This document shows, one piece after another, positions 17,457 through 27,919 of a stretch of 43,508 nucleotides of DNA. The translations under genes and the position numbers were made by a program. Under the pieces are notes generated by a model. It was not told where the DNA came from. It did no database searches and worked only from the letters and a program-made list of their open reading frames with translations. How positions within the stretch are numbered: the first letter of the stretch is position 1; the number at the start of each line of letters is the position of its first letter. The stretch is from Spirochaetota bacterium. Lineage in GTDB: Bacteria > Spirochaetota > UBA4802 > UBA5550. The stretch covers positions 1 through 43,508 of the forward strand of contig JBBRFT010000003.1 in NCBI GenBank assembly GCA_038241375.1. The letters run 5' to 3'.

Positions 17457-17804
17457 TTATTTCAGATACTTATCAAGAAAATTTGAGAGCTCTCTGGCTT
17501 TTTTTGGTTCAGCTTTGCTGTCCAGCCATAATAAAAATTTAGGTTTAACCTGATTTTTTGTTTCAGAGCAGTATTCATGATGCATTGTATATTTAGTTAT
17601 GTCGTATTTAATGTTATTAAATACTTCTTCTGCTTTGCATAAATTTTCCGGTGTTGAACCAATTATCTGACAAATCTTAATTATAATCTCATGTTTATCA
17701 ATTTCTCTGAGTTCATCATGACAGCATTTCGAGAAAAGTTCATTGCATAGTGAAATCTCATCTGTCAATTCAGGCATCATCGCCTTACCATTTTTGTTTC
17801 CCAT
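17457..17804 (-). CDS. Hypothetical Cys/His-rich protein, 115 aa
   Basis: AGGAGG RBS; ends 3 nt before the queH-smr start; 6 Cys including KCCH and HHEYC. Confidence 0.75.
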   Translation of the reverse strand: MGNKNGKAMMPELTDEISLCNELFSKCCHDELREIDKHEIIIKICQIIGSTPENLCKAEEVFNNIKYDITKYTMHHEYCSETKNQVKPKFLLWLDSKAEPKKARELSNFLDKYLK

Positions 17805-17819
17805 CGGGAATCCTCCTGA

Positions 17820-17863
17820 GTATAAAGTGTTTCAAAAATGAAATTTATTGAAACACTTTATAC
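17820..17863. promoter_or_regulatory. Perfect 16-bp inverted repeat (operator or leader hairpin)
   Basis: GTATAAAGTGTTTCAA-N12-TTGAAACACTTTATAC immediately upstream of the RBS of the 115-aa ORF. Confidence 0.5.
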
Positions 17864-17939
17864 AATCTGTAATAATAAATAACCAACAATCGATAAAATG
17901 TCAAATTTTTGTTAAAAAAAACAACACTTTTTTAATAAA

Positions 17940-20096
17940 TCATGTGATTTTAATAACCAAAAGAGTAATGTCAGAGCCTTGAAGTGAAATTCCCATAAAA
18001 TTTTCATATGCTGATTTTAAATTTTTCGCAATATCTGCCGGGAGTTTGGATTTAGATTCTTTTACAATATTTCGCAATCGTAAAAGTCCGAAGTTTTCAT
18101 TCTCGCTGTTTTTTGAGTTTATAAAAGATTTAGAGTATATTACACATATATCTCCGCTCTTTAATTCTGTTCGCCCCTGTCCGAATTCAGCATTAAGTTT
18201 GTAACCAAGAGGCGATCCCTCGGTATCAAGTGAATCAAAATCATTTCTTTCAATTCTGAATACTTCAGCAGGGGGGAATCCGGCGTTTGAGTAAAACAAT
18301 CTCTTTGTATCTGTATCGAAAAAAGCGTAAAAAGCTGTTACCAGTTCACCTTTCCCTTTTGTATAATCATGAAGCACAAGATTGATTCTTTTTATCATTA
18401 TATAAGGTGAAGCCGCTTCGTTTATACATGCGTGGAAAACCGATCTAAGGAGAACTGAGTAAAGTGCGTTGTTGATTCCAAGACCTGATACATCAGTAAA
18501 TAGAATCCCCAGTGTATTTTTTGTAGGTTGGAGAAAATCGAAATAGTCCACACCTCTTGAGTAACCCGGGGCAATCAGTGAACCGAATTTCATATTCTTC
18601 ATCTGTGGTAATGAATTAGCTGCTGAAGCGTGAAGTATACTCCCTGATAATCCTAAACTTCTTGATATAAACTGATCCTGTTTAGCTTTATCATATGCAA
18701 GAGCTGTTATTATGAAATCATTGGATCTTATTCTGAATTCTTCAAGTTTTTGAAGTTCATCAGGGGTCAGAGATTTCATATTTTCTTTTTTACCGAGACA
18801 TAGCATCCCGTAAATTCTGTTTTCATAATAGAGTGGTAGAATTGAGCTAATATCATATTTGCTGAAAAAACCGGAAACTTCGTCCCTTATCGGTTTAAAA
18901 GACTGATCGTCCATGTAAACCCTGTTAAGAGAGAGAATCTCCTGATTTCTGGCAAACCATATAATAAGAGGAAAATGCCTGTCAATGATCATATTTTCTT
19001 CTTCTGATTCTGACGTATCAAAATTTTTTTTAAACCCTCTTGAATCTTCATCATAAATAAAAAATATAGTTCTGTTGAGTCCCAGTCCTTTATACAGTTC
19101 CAGAGAACTTGCTTCTATGAGCTCATCAAGTGTTTTTAGTTTTGATGCTTTCTGTATGTATCTGTTTGTCAGATGTTCGATATCAGCAATTTTTCTTTTA
19201 AACGCCCTATCTATTCCAGGCTGGAACAGGTAAATAAAGAGAACGAAAGCGATAACCGATGAGCCTGCAATAATCCCGGTAGGGAAGTGCGCTATATTTT
19301 TAAAATATTCTGTAAAATAAATAATTATAACAATAGGAATAAAGACCGTTGTACTAAGAACAAAATACATGGCAGTTTTATGAATAGCAGTTCTGATATC
19401 CATAATGTTATAAGCGATAACCGAATAAAAGAGTGTAATTGTAGAAACTAAAGATACACTTGAGGGGGCTATTGCATAAAACGTATAATTATTATAAACA
19501 AGAGGCATCAATATCGAGCCGATATACGTGAGAGTTATAAATATTGATGTTCCAAGAACGACATATCGGATTTGAAGCCTATATGCTTCTACCTTTGTTT
19601 TAATATAGTTGATTAAAAAAATAACCCAGCTAATGATGAAATACAGGAATGATATTGCTCCATATATTGGATAAAGAATTCCTGCTTCACGTATAGGTTT
19701 CCAGTTTTCAAATCGGACACTTTTTATAGACAGGTCGGTAAAGAAAATCAGTCCGGATAACACTAAAGCGGGGATAATTACAAGAAATGGAATATATAAT
19801 GGAACTTTTTTCTTTTTTGCAGGATAGGTGAGAGACAAATTCAAAACAGAAGCAGAGAAAAACATAGTGAAAATCTGGCTTAATTTGCTGTAAATAATCA
19901 GATCGGGTGAATCATACATGTAGTAGGTGAAAAAAATACTTCCCGGAACACCCGCTGCAATAAAATTATATATAAAAAAGAAGTTCCATGCCTGGCTTTT
20001 AATGGTTCTGTTTTTAAAGAGAACAAAAAAAGCAGTGAACAAAACAAGGATAGTGCTTATAAATGTCGCTATAAGATTCACTGTGTACATAAACAT
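17940..20096 (-). CDS. Membrane sensor: multi-TM (HisKA_7TM-like) + GAF + SpoIIE/PP2C domain, probably catalytically degenerate
   Basis: About 8-9 hydrophobic helices, GAF-like ILPLY...GMLCLGKK, and SpoIIE motifs DYFDF, DVSGLG, TAFYA, YSNAGFPP, DITLLVIK. Confidence 0.82.
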   Translation of the reverse strand: MFMYTVNLIATFISTILVLFTAFFVLFKNRTIKSQAWNFFFIYNFIAAGVPGSIFFTYYMYDSPDLIIYSKLSQIFTMFFSASVLNLSLTYPAKKKKVPLYIPFLVIIPALVLSGLIFFTDLSIKSVRFENWKPIREAGILYPIYGAISFLYFIISWVIFLINYIKTKVEAYRLQIRYVVLGTSIFITLTYIGSILMPLVYNNYTFYAIAPSSVSLVSTITLFYSVIAYNIMDIRTAIHKTAMYFVLSTTVFIPIVIIIYFTEYFKNIAHFPTGIIAGSSVIAFVLFIYLFQPGIDRAFKRKIADIEHLTNRYIQKASKLKTLDELIEASSLELYKGLGLNRTIFFIYDEDSRGFKKNFDTSESEEENMIIDRHFPLIIWFARNQEILSLNRVYMDDQSFKPIRDEVSGFFSKYDISSILPLYYENRIYGMLCLGKKENMKSLTPDELQKLEEFRIRSNDFIITALAYDKAKQDQFISRSLGLSGSILHASAANSLPQMKNMKFGSLIAPGYSRGVDYFDFLQPTKNTLGILFTDVSGLGINNALYSVLLRSVFHACINEAASPYIMIKRINLVLHDYTKGKGELVTAFYAFFDTDTKRLFYSNAGFPPAEVFRIERNDFDSLDTEGSPLGYKLNAEFGQGRTELKSGDICVIYSKSFINSKNSENENFGLLRLRNIVKESKSKLPADIAKNLKSAYENFMGISLQGSDITLLVIKIT

Positions 20097-20241
20097 AACC
20101 TTCTGTATATTCCGGGATAAACCTGATTAATTCTTATCTCGGATATGATTACAAGTAAAAATTATTGACTAATGCTTAAAAACAAATTAAAAGTTAATTT
20201 AGAAATGTCATCATTAAAATAAAGTGTATAGTGGTGCCGGC

Positions 20242-20889
20242 ATGGAAGGTTTTGCTCTTGTTATTGTTGATATGCAGAAATATTACCTGGAAAGTAATTC
20301 GGTTTATTCAGAATATTTCAATTCTTTGTATCCCGGATCGCTGACATATATCAGGGATCGTGCATACAGTATTGTAATACCGAATATTATAAAGATTCGG
20401 GAGTCATTCGATAATCTCAAACTCCCTGTTATTTATTTGAGATTATGCGGTAGTAAACCTGATCGAAGCGATCTCCACCGTTTTTTTAAAAAATCTTATG
20501 AGGATGGGGCGGCTGCTGGTTATGCGGGTGTGTATCCATTGATGTCTGAAATTTCCGCGGACGTTATAGATGAATTAAAGCCTGATGCCGGTGATATTAT
20601 TATTAATAAAACTACATTCAGTCCTTTCTCTTCGTCAGACATTGATGCTGTTTTGAAATCTATTAATATTACAACTCTGGTATTTACCGGGCTTGCCACA
20701 AGTCAGTGTGTGGAAACAACTGCAAGAGATGCGTCAGACAGAGGGTATGATGTTTATCAGATACATGATGCTCAGGCAGATTATGATGACATTACTCACG
20801 AAGCTTCTCTTTTCTCCTCAAGAGGGGTCTGCGGAGGTGCTATTTACGATACTGATTCATTTCTCGAGCTTGTCATGCATTCTATTTGA
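20242..20889 (+). CDS. Isochorismatase-family cysteine hydrolase
   Basis: ALVIVDMQ, INKTTFSPF and GLATSQCVETTARDA (D-K-C triad). Start is ATG 20242 or GTG 20224. Confidence 0.88.
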   Translation: MEGFALVIVDMQKYYLESNSVYSEYFNSLYPGSLTYIRDRAYSIVIPNIIKIRESFDNLKLPVIYLRLCGSKPDRSDLHRFFKKSYEDGAAAGYAGVYPLMSEISADVIDELKPDAGDIIINKTTFSPFSSSDIDAVLKSINITTLVFTGLATSQCVETTARDASDRGYDVYQIHDAQADYDDITHEASLFSSRGVCGGAIYDTDSFLELVMHSI

Positions 20890-21547
20890 ATATTCTCATT
20901 CTTACTCTTCCGCTTTCGATTGAGGCGTAATTCTGGTTATCATCATTATTCAATGAAACAGAGGCGTTTCCTGGTGTAAATCCCACATCTTCCATTCTAC
21001 CTGCTGCTGGATTCACAAGCATGCCTGAATTAACTATAAATGTATGTTTTATATTATTTTTCTGAAGTACTCTCTTAATTGCTGCAACGGAACTTTTGTC
21101 AAATTCACCATCAATATAAGCCTGGGTAATCTGTATTATCCTGCCATTTGAATTGCTGACAGATTCTATTATTTTCTGTGTTTCATTATGACCTGTCAGG
21201 TTTGCCGCGACGTAAGATCCGGAATCATTGAACAAGCCTGTACGGATAAACCCTACACCAAAAATTATAATAACTGAAGCTGCAATAGCCGGAACCACCT
21301 TAAGGAAAAAACGCTTTTTTTCTCGTGACCTGCATATCATTATTGTTCTTTCCGAGAAATCGGGAATGACAATACATTCATTCTTAAGCGATGATAATAA
21401 TGTAAGACATTTTGAAAGTGAATCATACTCCTGACAGCATACTTCACAAACGGTGATATGTGAAAGGCACTGTTCTTTCTCCTGATTTGAAAGTTCATCA
21501 TCAAGAAGATCGGATATTTCTTCAAATTTCAGATGCTTAAGTGTCAT
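20882..21547 (-). CDS. Zinc-finger (zf-HC2/ZAS) membrane anti-sigma factor
   Basis: H...SDLLDDELS...HITVCEVC (Hx3Cx2C), one TM helix; overlaps the sigma gene stop. Confidence 0.85.
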   Translation of the reverse strand: MTLKHLKFEEISDLLDDELSNQEKEQCLSHITVCEVCCQEYDSLSKCLTLLSSLKNECIVIPDFSERTIMICRSREKKRFFLKVVPAIAASVIIIFGVGFIRTGLFNDSGSYVAANLTGHNETQKIIESVSNSNGRIIQITQAYIDGEFDKSSVAAIKRVLQKNNIKHTFIVNSGMLVNPAAGRMEDVGFTPGNASVSLNNDDNQNYASIESGRVRMRIFK

Positions 21548-22116
21548 ATTAAACCTCTGGCATGTAATCGATTTTTCAAGTATTCTCGTCCTCTATGAAT
21601 TCTAACTTTAACATTTGACAGGTTAATATCGAGTATTTCTGAAATTTCGTTATATGATAAACCGTCAATATCCCTTAAAGTAATAATATCTTTAAAATCT
21701 TCGGGGAGTTTTGAAATCTCCTCTTTGATTATCCGTATAGAATCCTCGTTCACTACCTTATCTTCAGGATTCTCCCTGTAATCCTGAAGCTGAAGATCAA
21801 CCTCATCTTCACCCCTCATGACTTTTAGAGAAACGGTGCTGTACCTGTTCATCTTTTTACGATAATTTTTACAATGGTTTACCATTATACTGTAAAGCCA
21901 TGTTGAAAATTTCGATTCCTGTCTGAATGATTTTAACGCTTCCATAACAGTTATAAAGATATCCTGTGTAATATCGAGCGCTTCATCATAGTTGTTAAAT
22001 TGATAATAAACATACTTAAACACCATATTCTGGTATTTCTGCACAATCTGGGAGAAGGCTTCTTTATCTCCTTCGATTACTCTGTTTATTATTTCTATAT
22101 CATTTATAGGTGACAT
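21544..22116 (-). CDS. ECF RNA polymerase sigma factor (RpoE/SigW-like)
   Basis: GDKEAF, DITQDIF, FSTWLYSI and GLSYNEISEIL...NVKVRIHRGR motifs. Confidence 0.93.
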   Translation of the reverse strand: MSPINDIEIINRVIEGDKEAFSQIVQKYQNMVFKYVYYQFNNYDEALDITQDIFITVMEALKSFRQESKFSTWLYSIMVNHCKNYRKKMNRYSTVSLKVMRGEDEVDLQLQDYRENPEDKVVNEDSIRIIKEEISKLPEDFKDIITLRDIDGLSYNEISEILDINLSNVKVRIHRGREYLKNRLHARGLI

Positions 22117-22242
22117 GATTATCCTGTTATGGTTACAAGAATTTTTTGTTATTTTTCTAAAACCGGTATAAATACTTCATTGTCGTGTTCTGCCCGTCAA
22201 AGAAGTATTTATATCGCATGTATCTGGTTCTTTCTAATTTTT

Positions 22243-23466
22243 TTAAGAAAACAATATTTTTATAAATTTTCTCTTTCCTACTTTGAGAATACCATCTGTT
22301 TTGGACAATTCAAATTCAGTGTCGGATATTTTTTCATTTTCAAATGTAACACCTCCCCCTGAAATAAGCCTTCTTGCTTCTCCGTTAGAAGAGGCAAGAC
22401 CGGTTAACGTCATAACTTTAACTATCCAGATCTTATCATCCTTCAGCTCACTGCTATCAATTGAAAATTCAGGTATTTCGTCCGGGGCGTCTTTATTTAC
22501 AAAAATTCTGTAAAATTCCGCTTCAGCATCATCGGCTGTTTTCTCATCGTAAAATTGCGCACAAAGTTCTTTAGCTAGTCTTATCTTAATATCACGCGGA
22601 TGAGCTGCGCCTGTTTCCATGTCATGTTTAAGTTTTGCTACTTCCTCCATGGGAACATCTGTTCCAAGTTCATAGTAGCGGAACATTATATCATCTGCTA
22701 TAGACATGGTTTTCCCGAATATCTCTTTCGGATGTTCATTTATTCCTATGTAGTTGTTCAGAGATTTGCTCATCTTCTGTACTCCGTCAAGACCAACCAG
22801 AAGAGGTACTGTAATAATAGCCTGAGGTTCCTGGCCATATTCTCTCTGAAGGTCACGTCCCACAAGAAGATTGAATTTCTGATCTGTTCCGCCTAATTCT
22901 ACATCTGCTTTCAGAGCTACAGAGTCGTATCCTTGTACAAGCGGATACATGAATTCAAGAATTGAGATCGGTTTCTGTGATTTATATCTGTTTGAGAAAT
23001 CATCTCTCTCAAGCATTCTGGCAACATTATATCTTGCTGTAAGCTCAAGGACATCACCAAAATTCATCGGGCTAAGCCACCTGGAGTTGAACTCTATTAC
23101 TGTTTTTTTCTCGTCGAGAATTTTAAAGACCTGTTTTTTATAGGTTTCGGCATTAGCAAGGACATCGTCGCGAGTTAATCTTTTTCTTGTTTCAGATTTT
23201 CCTGACGGATCGCCGATCATTCCTGTGAAATCGCCTATAAGAAATACCACGCGATGTCCCATATCCTGAAAATGTTTCATTTTACGAAGCAATACTGCGT
23301 GTCCAAGGTGAATATCCGGTGCTGTCGGGTCAAATCCTGCTTTTATTGTAAGAGGGGAGTTTTCCTTCTCGGACTTCTCAAGTTTCTTTTTGAATTCGTC
23401 TATCGGTATAATCTCTTCAGTTCCTCTCTGGAGGAGTTCGAAATCGTTTTTTATCATATCATTCAC
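22243..23466 (-). CDS. tyrS: Tyrosine--tRNA ligase
   Basis: [36 protein letters not shown] and a C-terminal S4 domain. Confidence 0.97.
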   Translation of the reverse strand: MNDMIKNDFELLQRGTEEIIPIDEFKKKLEKSEKENSPLTIKAGFDPTAPDIHLGHAVLLRKMKHFQDMGHRVVFLIGDFTGMIGDPSGKSETRKRLTRDDVLANAETYKKQVFKILDEKKTVIEFNSRWLSPMNFGDVLELTARYNVARMLERDDFSNRYKSQKPISILEFMYPLVQGYDSVALKADVELGGTDQKFNLLVGRDLQREYGQEPQAIITVPLLVGLDGVQKMSKSLNNYIGINEHPKEIFGKTMSIADDIMFRYYELGTDVPMEEVAKLKHDMETGAAHPRDIKIRLAKELCAQFYDEKTADDAEAEFYRIFVNKDAPDEIPEFSIDSSELKDDKIWIVKVMTLTGLASSNGEARRLISGGGVTFENEKISDTEFELSKTDGILKVGKRKFIKILFS

Positions 23467-23501
23467 CTTTTAAGTGTTTGTTTCTTTTTTTTCAGAAATT
23501 T

Positions 23502-23798
23502 TTAATGCTCATTAACATCATCGTCTTCATTTTTACCGAGAAGATCGCTGATATCAAAATCGGGGCCGAGCTCTTTTACATAATGATATTGAGCTATAAT
23601 TGCAATAAGTTCTTCCCGGGCTTCAAGGGCTTCCTCTTCAGTATCGAATCCGATTACAATCGGTTCTTCCATTCCGGACAGAAATACTTCAAAACCGGGT
23701 TTTCCATCCTCAGAAACAGTGCTCCCGACGGCTGTTACTTTAGGGACAACTATTGCAATGCTTCCGTAATCTACTATTGGCAACATTTTTTTCTCCAT
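23502..23798 (-). CDS. Hypothetical acidic protein, 98 aa
   Basis: Clean ORF directly upstream of and co-oriented with tyrS; protein-like composition. Confidence 0.75.
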   Translation of the reverse strand: MEKKMLPIVDYGSIAIVVPKVTAVGSTVSEDGKPGFEVFLSGMEEPIVIGFDTEEEALEAREELIAIIAQYHYVKELGPDFDISDLLGKNEDDDVNEH

Positions 23799-24021
23799 TT
23801 AAACTTTTTGTTGTATAGCTTTTAAGTTTAGATTTCACACCGCATAATCCGGACATTTATGAGGTTGTTTTACTTAATCTATGAATAGAGACTCTGTTTC
23901 ACCGTAAATACAATGCATGAATGGCTGGATATAGTATAATTGAGCCGAAAAGAACAATCATTATTATGCGGTTTACTAAAAAAATTACAATAAATATTTT
24001 TAAATCTATAAATGCAATAAG

Positions 24022-24043
24022 AAAACGCCCCATAAGGGGCGTT
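24022..24043 (-). terminator. Intrinsic terminator after dnaJ
   Basis: Minus strand AACGCCCC-TTAT-GGGGCGTTTTCTT. Confidence 0.7.
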
Positions 24044-24045
24044 AA

Positions 24046-24070
24046 GTAGGGGCGAAAAATCTTTCACCCC
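24046..24070 (+). repeat. GTAG-family REP element (degenerate)
   Basis: GTAG tetranucleotide followed by the imperfect palindrome GGGGCGAAA-AATC-TTTCACCCC. Confidence 0.55.
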
Positions 24071-24077
24071 GCCGATT

Positions 24078-25175
24078 CTAGTAAAAATCGTCCCCGGCGT
24101 TACTATCTCCCGATAACTTTGCGAACTCTTTAAGAAGCTCTTTCTGTCTCGATGATAATTTCTTCGGAACCTGAATATTTATTTTAACAAGCTGATCCCC
24201 TTTGCCGTAAGATCCCAGATATGGGATACCATTTCCTTTAAGGCGAAAAACCTGGCCATTTTCTGTTCCTGGAGGTAATTTCATCTTAACTTTATTCCCA
24301 TATATCGTTGGAACCTCAATCTCTCCACCGAGACACACAATCGGATATGCAACATCTATTACGCTGAGTATATCATTTCCATGTCTGTCAAAGTTCGGAT
24401 GTTTTTTGATATGAAGAACAACATAAAGATCTCCTGTAATACCGTCATTTGGAGCCTGTTCTCCTTCGCCTGAGATTTTTAATCTTGAGCCGGATTCAAC
24501 ACCGGCAGGAATTTTTACAGTTATTGTTCTCTTCTTTTTTGTAAGCCCCGAACCGTTACATGTTTTACATGGTGACGTTACAACTTTTCCTTCACCGCGG
24601 CATTTAGGACATGCCTGTGTTATGGAGAAAAATCCTTGAGTCTGTCTTACTTGTCCCATTCCGTTACAGGTGGGGCAAACAGCCGGCTTTGTTTTTGTGG
24701 ATGACCCAGTGCCGCCGCATAAGTCACAGGCTTCACTTCTGGGAATTTCAATCTGAACTTCACTTCCCGATGCTGCTTCTTCCAGTGTAATTGTCATATC
24801 ATACTGGAGGTCTGACCCGCGTCTGGTTTTTTGAGATCTCCCTCTTCCGCCTGAAGAACCGAAAAATCCCTCAAATATATCACCAAGGTCAACATTCCCG
24901 AAAATATCTGAAAAATCGGAATATGCCCCTCTGCCGAAATTATCAAATCCGCCTACACCTTCATGGCCGAATTTATCATAAGATGACCGTTTTTTCGGGT
25001 CTCGTAGCACTTCATATGCTTCAGTGGCCTCTTTGAACATCTCTTCGGATTCTTTATTTCCTTTGTTCTTGTCAGGGTGATATTTCAGAGCGAGCTTCCT
25101 GTATGCCTGTTTTATCTCCTGGTCAGAAGCGGTCTTAATGACGCCAAGAACCTCGTAATAATCTCTTTTTGCCAA
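24078..25175 (-). CDS. dnaJ: Chaperone DnaJ
   Basis: J domain with HPD, G/F region and four CxxCxGxG repeats; TTG start. Confidence 0.97.
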   Translation of the reverse strand: MAKRDYYEVLGVIKTASDQEIKQAYRKLALKYHPDKNKGNKESEEMFKEATEAYEVLRDPKKRSSYDKFGHEGVGGFDNFGRGAYSDFSDIFGNVDLGDIFEGFFGSSGGRGRSQKTRRGSDLQYDMTITLEEAASGSEVQIEIPRSEACDLCGGTGSSTKTKPAVCPTCNGMGQVRQTQGFFSITQACPKCRGEGKVVTSPCKTCNGSGLTKKKRTITVKIPAGVESGSRLKISGEGEQAPNDGITGDLYVVLHIKKHPNFDRHGNDILSVIDVAYPIVCLGGEIEVPTIYGNKVKMKLPPGTENGQVFRLKGNGIPYLGSYGKGDQLVKINIQVPKKLSSRQKELLKEFAKLSGDSNAGDDFY

Positions 25176-25204
25176 TTTTATCCTCTCTCATTATAAAGGC
25201 TTAA

Positions 25205-25233
25205 TGCCGCAGCCGGAAAACATGGCTGCGGCA
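25205..25233 (-). terminator. Strong hairpin between dnaK and dnaJ (attenuator or mRNA stabiliser)
   Basis: TGCCGCAGCC-N9-GGCTGCGGCA, a 10-bp perfect stem with no long U tract. Confidence 0.55.
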
Positions 25234-25247
25234 CAATTCTGCCAGGA

Positions 25248-27170
25248 TTATTTTTCTTCGTCAACTACTTCATAATCCGCGTCGTAAACTTTTTCTTTTC
25301 CTTCTGCTGAATCTGCCGCGTCATCACCTGCAGGACCTGCATTTTCTGCTCCGCCAGGCTGCTGCGCTGAAGCATCCTGATATATTCTCTGTGCAAACTG
25401 ATGTGAAGCCTGCTCTAGTTCGGTTTTTGCCAGTCTGATAGCTTCAACATTGCTTCCTTCCATAGCGGTTTTCAGCTTTGCAGTTGCAGCATTTATTGAG
25501 TCTTTTTCGCCAGCCTCAATTTTAGCTTCGTTATCTCTCATCATTTTTTCTATTGAGTAGATAAGAGAATCAGACTCATTTTTAGCTTCGATCACTTCTT
25601 TAACTTTTTTATCTTCATCAGCATGTAGTTCCGCTTCTTTTACCATCTTCTCGATGTCAGCTTCTGAAAGTCCGCTTGAAGATTCAATTTTAATTTTCTG
25701 CTCTTTTCCGGTTCCAAGATCTTTTGCGGAAACGTGTACAATACCATTTGCATCTATATCAAATGTTACTTCGATCTGAGGAATTCCTCTTGGCGCAGGG
25801 GGGATGTCTGAAAGATCGAATCTTCCAAGAGTCCGGTTCTGTGCTGCAAGTTCTCTCTCTCCTTGAAGTACATGTATTGAAACTGCAGGCTGATTGTCCG
25901 CTGCAGTCGAGAAAGTCTGGCTCTTTCTTGCAGGGATCGTTGTATTTCTTTCAATCAGTTTTGTCATAACTCCGCCGAGAGTCTCAATCCCGAGAGAAAG
26001 GGGAGTTACGTCAAGAAGAAGTACATCGTGAACGTCACCTGCAAGAACTCCGCCCTGGATAGCAGCACCTATTGCAACAACTTCGTCCGGATTAACTCCT
26101 TTGTGAGGCTCTTTCGCGAATACTCTTTTAACAAGTTCCTGTACTGCGGGTATCCTTGTGGATCCCCCGACGAGAATAACTTCATCTATATCGCCGGCTG
26201 TAAGGCCTGCATCTTCAAGAGCTTTCATACAGGGGATTTTTGTCGATTCTACAAGATCTTCTACAAGCTGCTCAAATTTTGCGCGTGTAAGAGTTGTAAC
26301 AAGGTGCTTCGGTCCGTTCTGGTCAGCTGTGAGGAACGGAATATTTATCTCTGTCTGCATTTTACCCGAGAGTTCGATTTTTGCTTTTTCAGCAGATTCT
26401 TTTAATCTCTGGAGAGCCATCTTGTCTTTTGAAACATCAATTCCGGTCTGCTTTTTGAATTCAGCAATGAGCCATTCCATAATTCTATGGTCGAAGTCAT
26501 CTCCGCCCAGGTGTGTGTTACCGTTTGTAGATTTTACTTCAAAGACTCCATCGCCCAGTTCAAGTATTGAAACGTCAAAAGTACCGCCGCCAAGGTCATA
26601 TACTGCTATTTTTTCGTTTTGTTTTCCTTTATCAAGGCCATAAGCAAGGGCTGCGGCTGTCGGCTCGTTTATTATTCTTTCTACTTCGAGTCCTGCAATT
26701 TTTCCAGCGTCTTTTGTTGCCTGTCTTTGTGAATCGTTGAAATATGCAGGCACTGTGATTACCGCTTTTGTAACAGTTTCTCCAAGAAAATCTTCAGCGG
26801 TCTGTTTCATTTTTTGAAGAATTCTTGCAGAGATCTCCGGCGGTGTGAATTCGCCTGACACAGTACTGATTGTAACTCCGCCTTTACCGTCATCTTTTAC
26901 ATTATACGCAACCATTGAGATTTCGCCGGTTACTTCGTTGTATTTTCTTCCCATGAAACGTTTAACCGATCTGATAGTGTTCTCAGGGTTTGTGATAATC
27001 TGGTTCTTCGCAATCTGCCCTACGAGACGCTCACCTTTGTCTGTGTATGCAACTATTGAAGGTGTAGTTCTCTGCCCTTCAGCGTTCTGTATTACTACAG
27101 GTTCTCCGCCTGACATTACAGATACGCATGAATTTGTTGTTCCTAAATCGATTCCTATTATCTTACTCAT
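25248..27170 (-). CDS. dnaK: Chaperone DnaK
   Basis: [25 protein letters not shown] and [11 protein letters not shown] motifs. Confidence 0.98.
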   Translation of the reverse strand: MSKIIGIDLGTTNSCVSVMSGGEPVVIQNAEGQRTTPSIVAYTDKGERLVGQIAKNQIITNPENTIRSVKRFMGRKYNEVTGEISMVAYNVKDDGKGGVTISTVSGEFTPPEISARILQKMKQTAEDFLGETVTKAVITVPAYFNDSQRQATKDAGKIAGLEVERIINEPTAAALAYGLDKGKQNEKIAVYDLGGGTFDVSILELGDGVFEVKSTNGNTHLGGDDFDHRIMEWLIAEFKKQTGIDVSKDKMALQRLKESAEKAKIELSGKMQTEINIPFLTADQNGPKHLVTTLTRAKFEQLVEDLVESTKIPCMKALEDAGLTAGDIDEVILVGGSTRIPAVQELVKRVFAKEPHKGVNPDEVVAIGAAIQGGVLAGDVHDVLLLDVTPLSLGIETLGGVMTKLIERNTTIPARKSQTFSTAADNQPAVSIHVLQGERELAAQNRTLGRFDLSDIPPAPRGIPQIEVTFDIDANGIVHVSAKDLGTGKEQKIKIESSSGLSEADIEKMVKEAELHADEDKKVKEVIEAKNESDSLIYSIEKMMRDNEAKIEAGEKDSINAATAKLKTAMEGSNVEAIRLAKTELEQASHQFAQRIYQDASAQQPGGAENAGPAGDDAADSAEGKEKVYDADYEVVDEEK

Positions 27171-27240
27171 CGCCTTTACTCCTTATAAATTAAATTATTC
27201 TCTTTTCATTTTTTAATAAACAGCTGATTAATATTCAGAA

Positions 27241-27876
27241 TCAGCTGTTTATTGCATCTTCATCCGGTACTTCGTTTTTCTTCTGTGCTGCTTTTGATAC
27301 TCTGACTTTTGAGGTTCTTATTATGTGTTCATCCAGTCTAAAACCTTTCTGGTATACTTTGGTTACTGTATCTTCTTGATGGTCGCTGTTGTTTTCTATC
27401 TCCAGCGCTTCATGATAGTTCGGATTAAAAGGTTTATTCTCGGATTCAATCTCTTCTATCCCGTATTTGCTCAGAATTTCTTCAATTTTCTTTGAAACAA
27501 GTTTTATTCCTTCAATAAATGAATCTTTTGCATCGGTATTCTCTTTGTCTGCAAGATTATCAGAAGCCTCAATAGCACGGCTGATATCATCATTAGCATT
27601 GATGATATCAAATGCGAAATCTTTTATAGCAAGTTTTCTGTAGTCCTCCTGCAGTTTCGCGGTTCTTTTTCTGAAGTTTTCGAAATCAGCCTGTCTTCTC
27701 TGCAGAAGATCTTTTAGAGTTTCTATCTCTTTGTTCAGTCTGATTATCTCTTCATCCTGGTTAGATATTTCATTTTCGAAGCTTTTAACGTCTTCACAGC
27801 CGTTTTCAGCTTCCTCAATTTTATTATCGTCCCCGTTTTTATTCTCTTTTGCTGCAGCTGTTTCTTTGTTACCCAT
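27241..27876 (-). CDS. grpE: Nucleotide exchange factor GrpE
   Basis: ADFENFRKR, FNPNYHEA and VYQKGF...IR..KVRV motifs; operon position. Confidence 0.95.
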   Translation of the reverse strand: MGNKETAAAKENKNGDDNKIEEAENGCEDVKSFENEISNQDEEIIRLNKEIETLKDLLQRRQADFENFRKRTAKLQEDYRKLAIKDFAFDIINANDDISRAIEASDNLADKENTDAKDSFIEGIKLVSKKIEEILSKYGIEEIESENKPFNPNYHEALEIENNSDHQEDTVTKVYQKGFRLDEHIIRTSKVRVSKAAQKKNEVPDEDAINS

Positions 27877-27919
27877 TTTACTTCTCCATCTTAAAATCGC
27901 TTTTATTCTTTGATCTTAA

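Noticed and set aside
23467-24020. T-box leader for tyrS (or for thrS at 38625-38697)
   Set aside because: No AAnnnGGGTGGnACC T-box motif or specifier stem; the available spacers are short or occupied.
25724-27216. Several antisense and alternate-frame ORFs over dnaK (likewise over the NMO, ABC, tyrS, hrcA, thrS and infC genes)
   Set aside because: Typical shadows of conserved genes caused by codon bias; no RBS or recognisable motifs.
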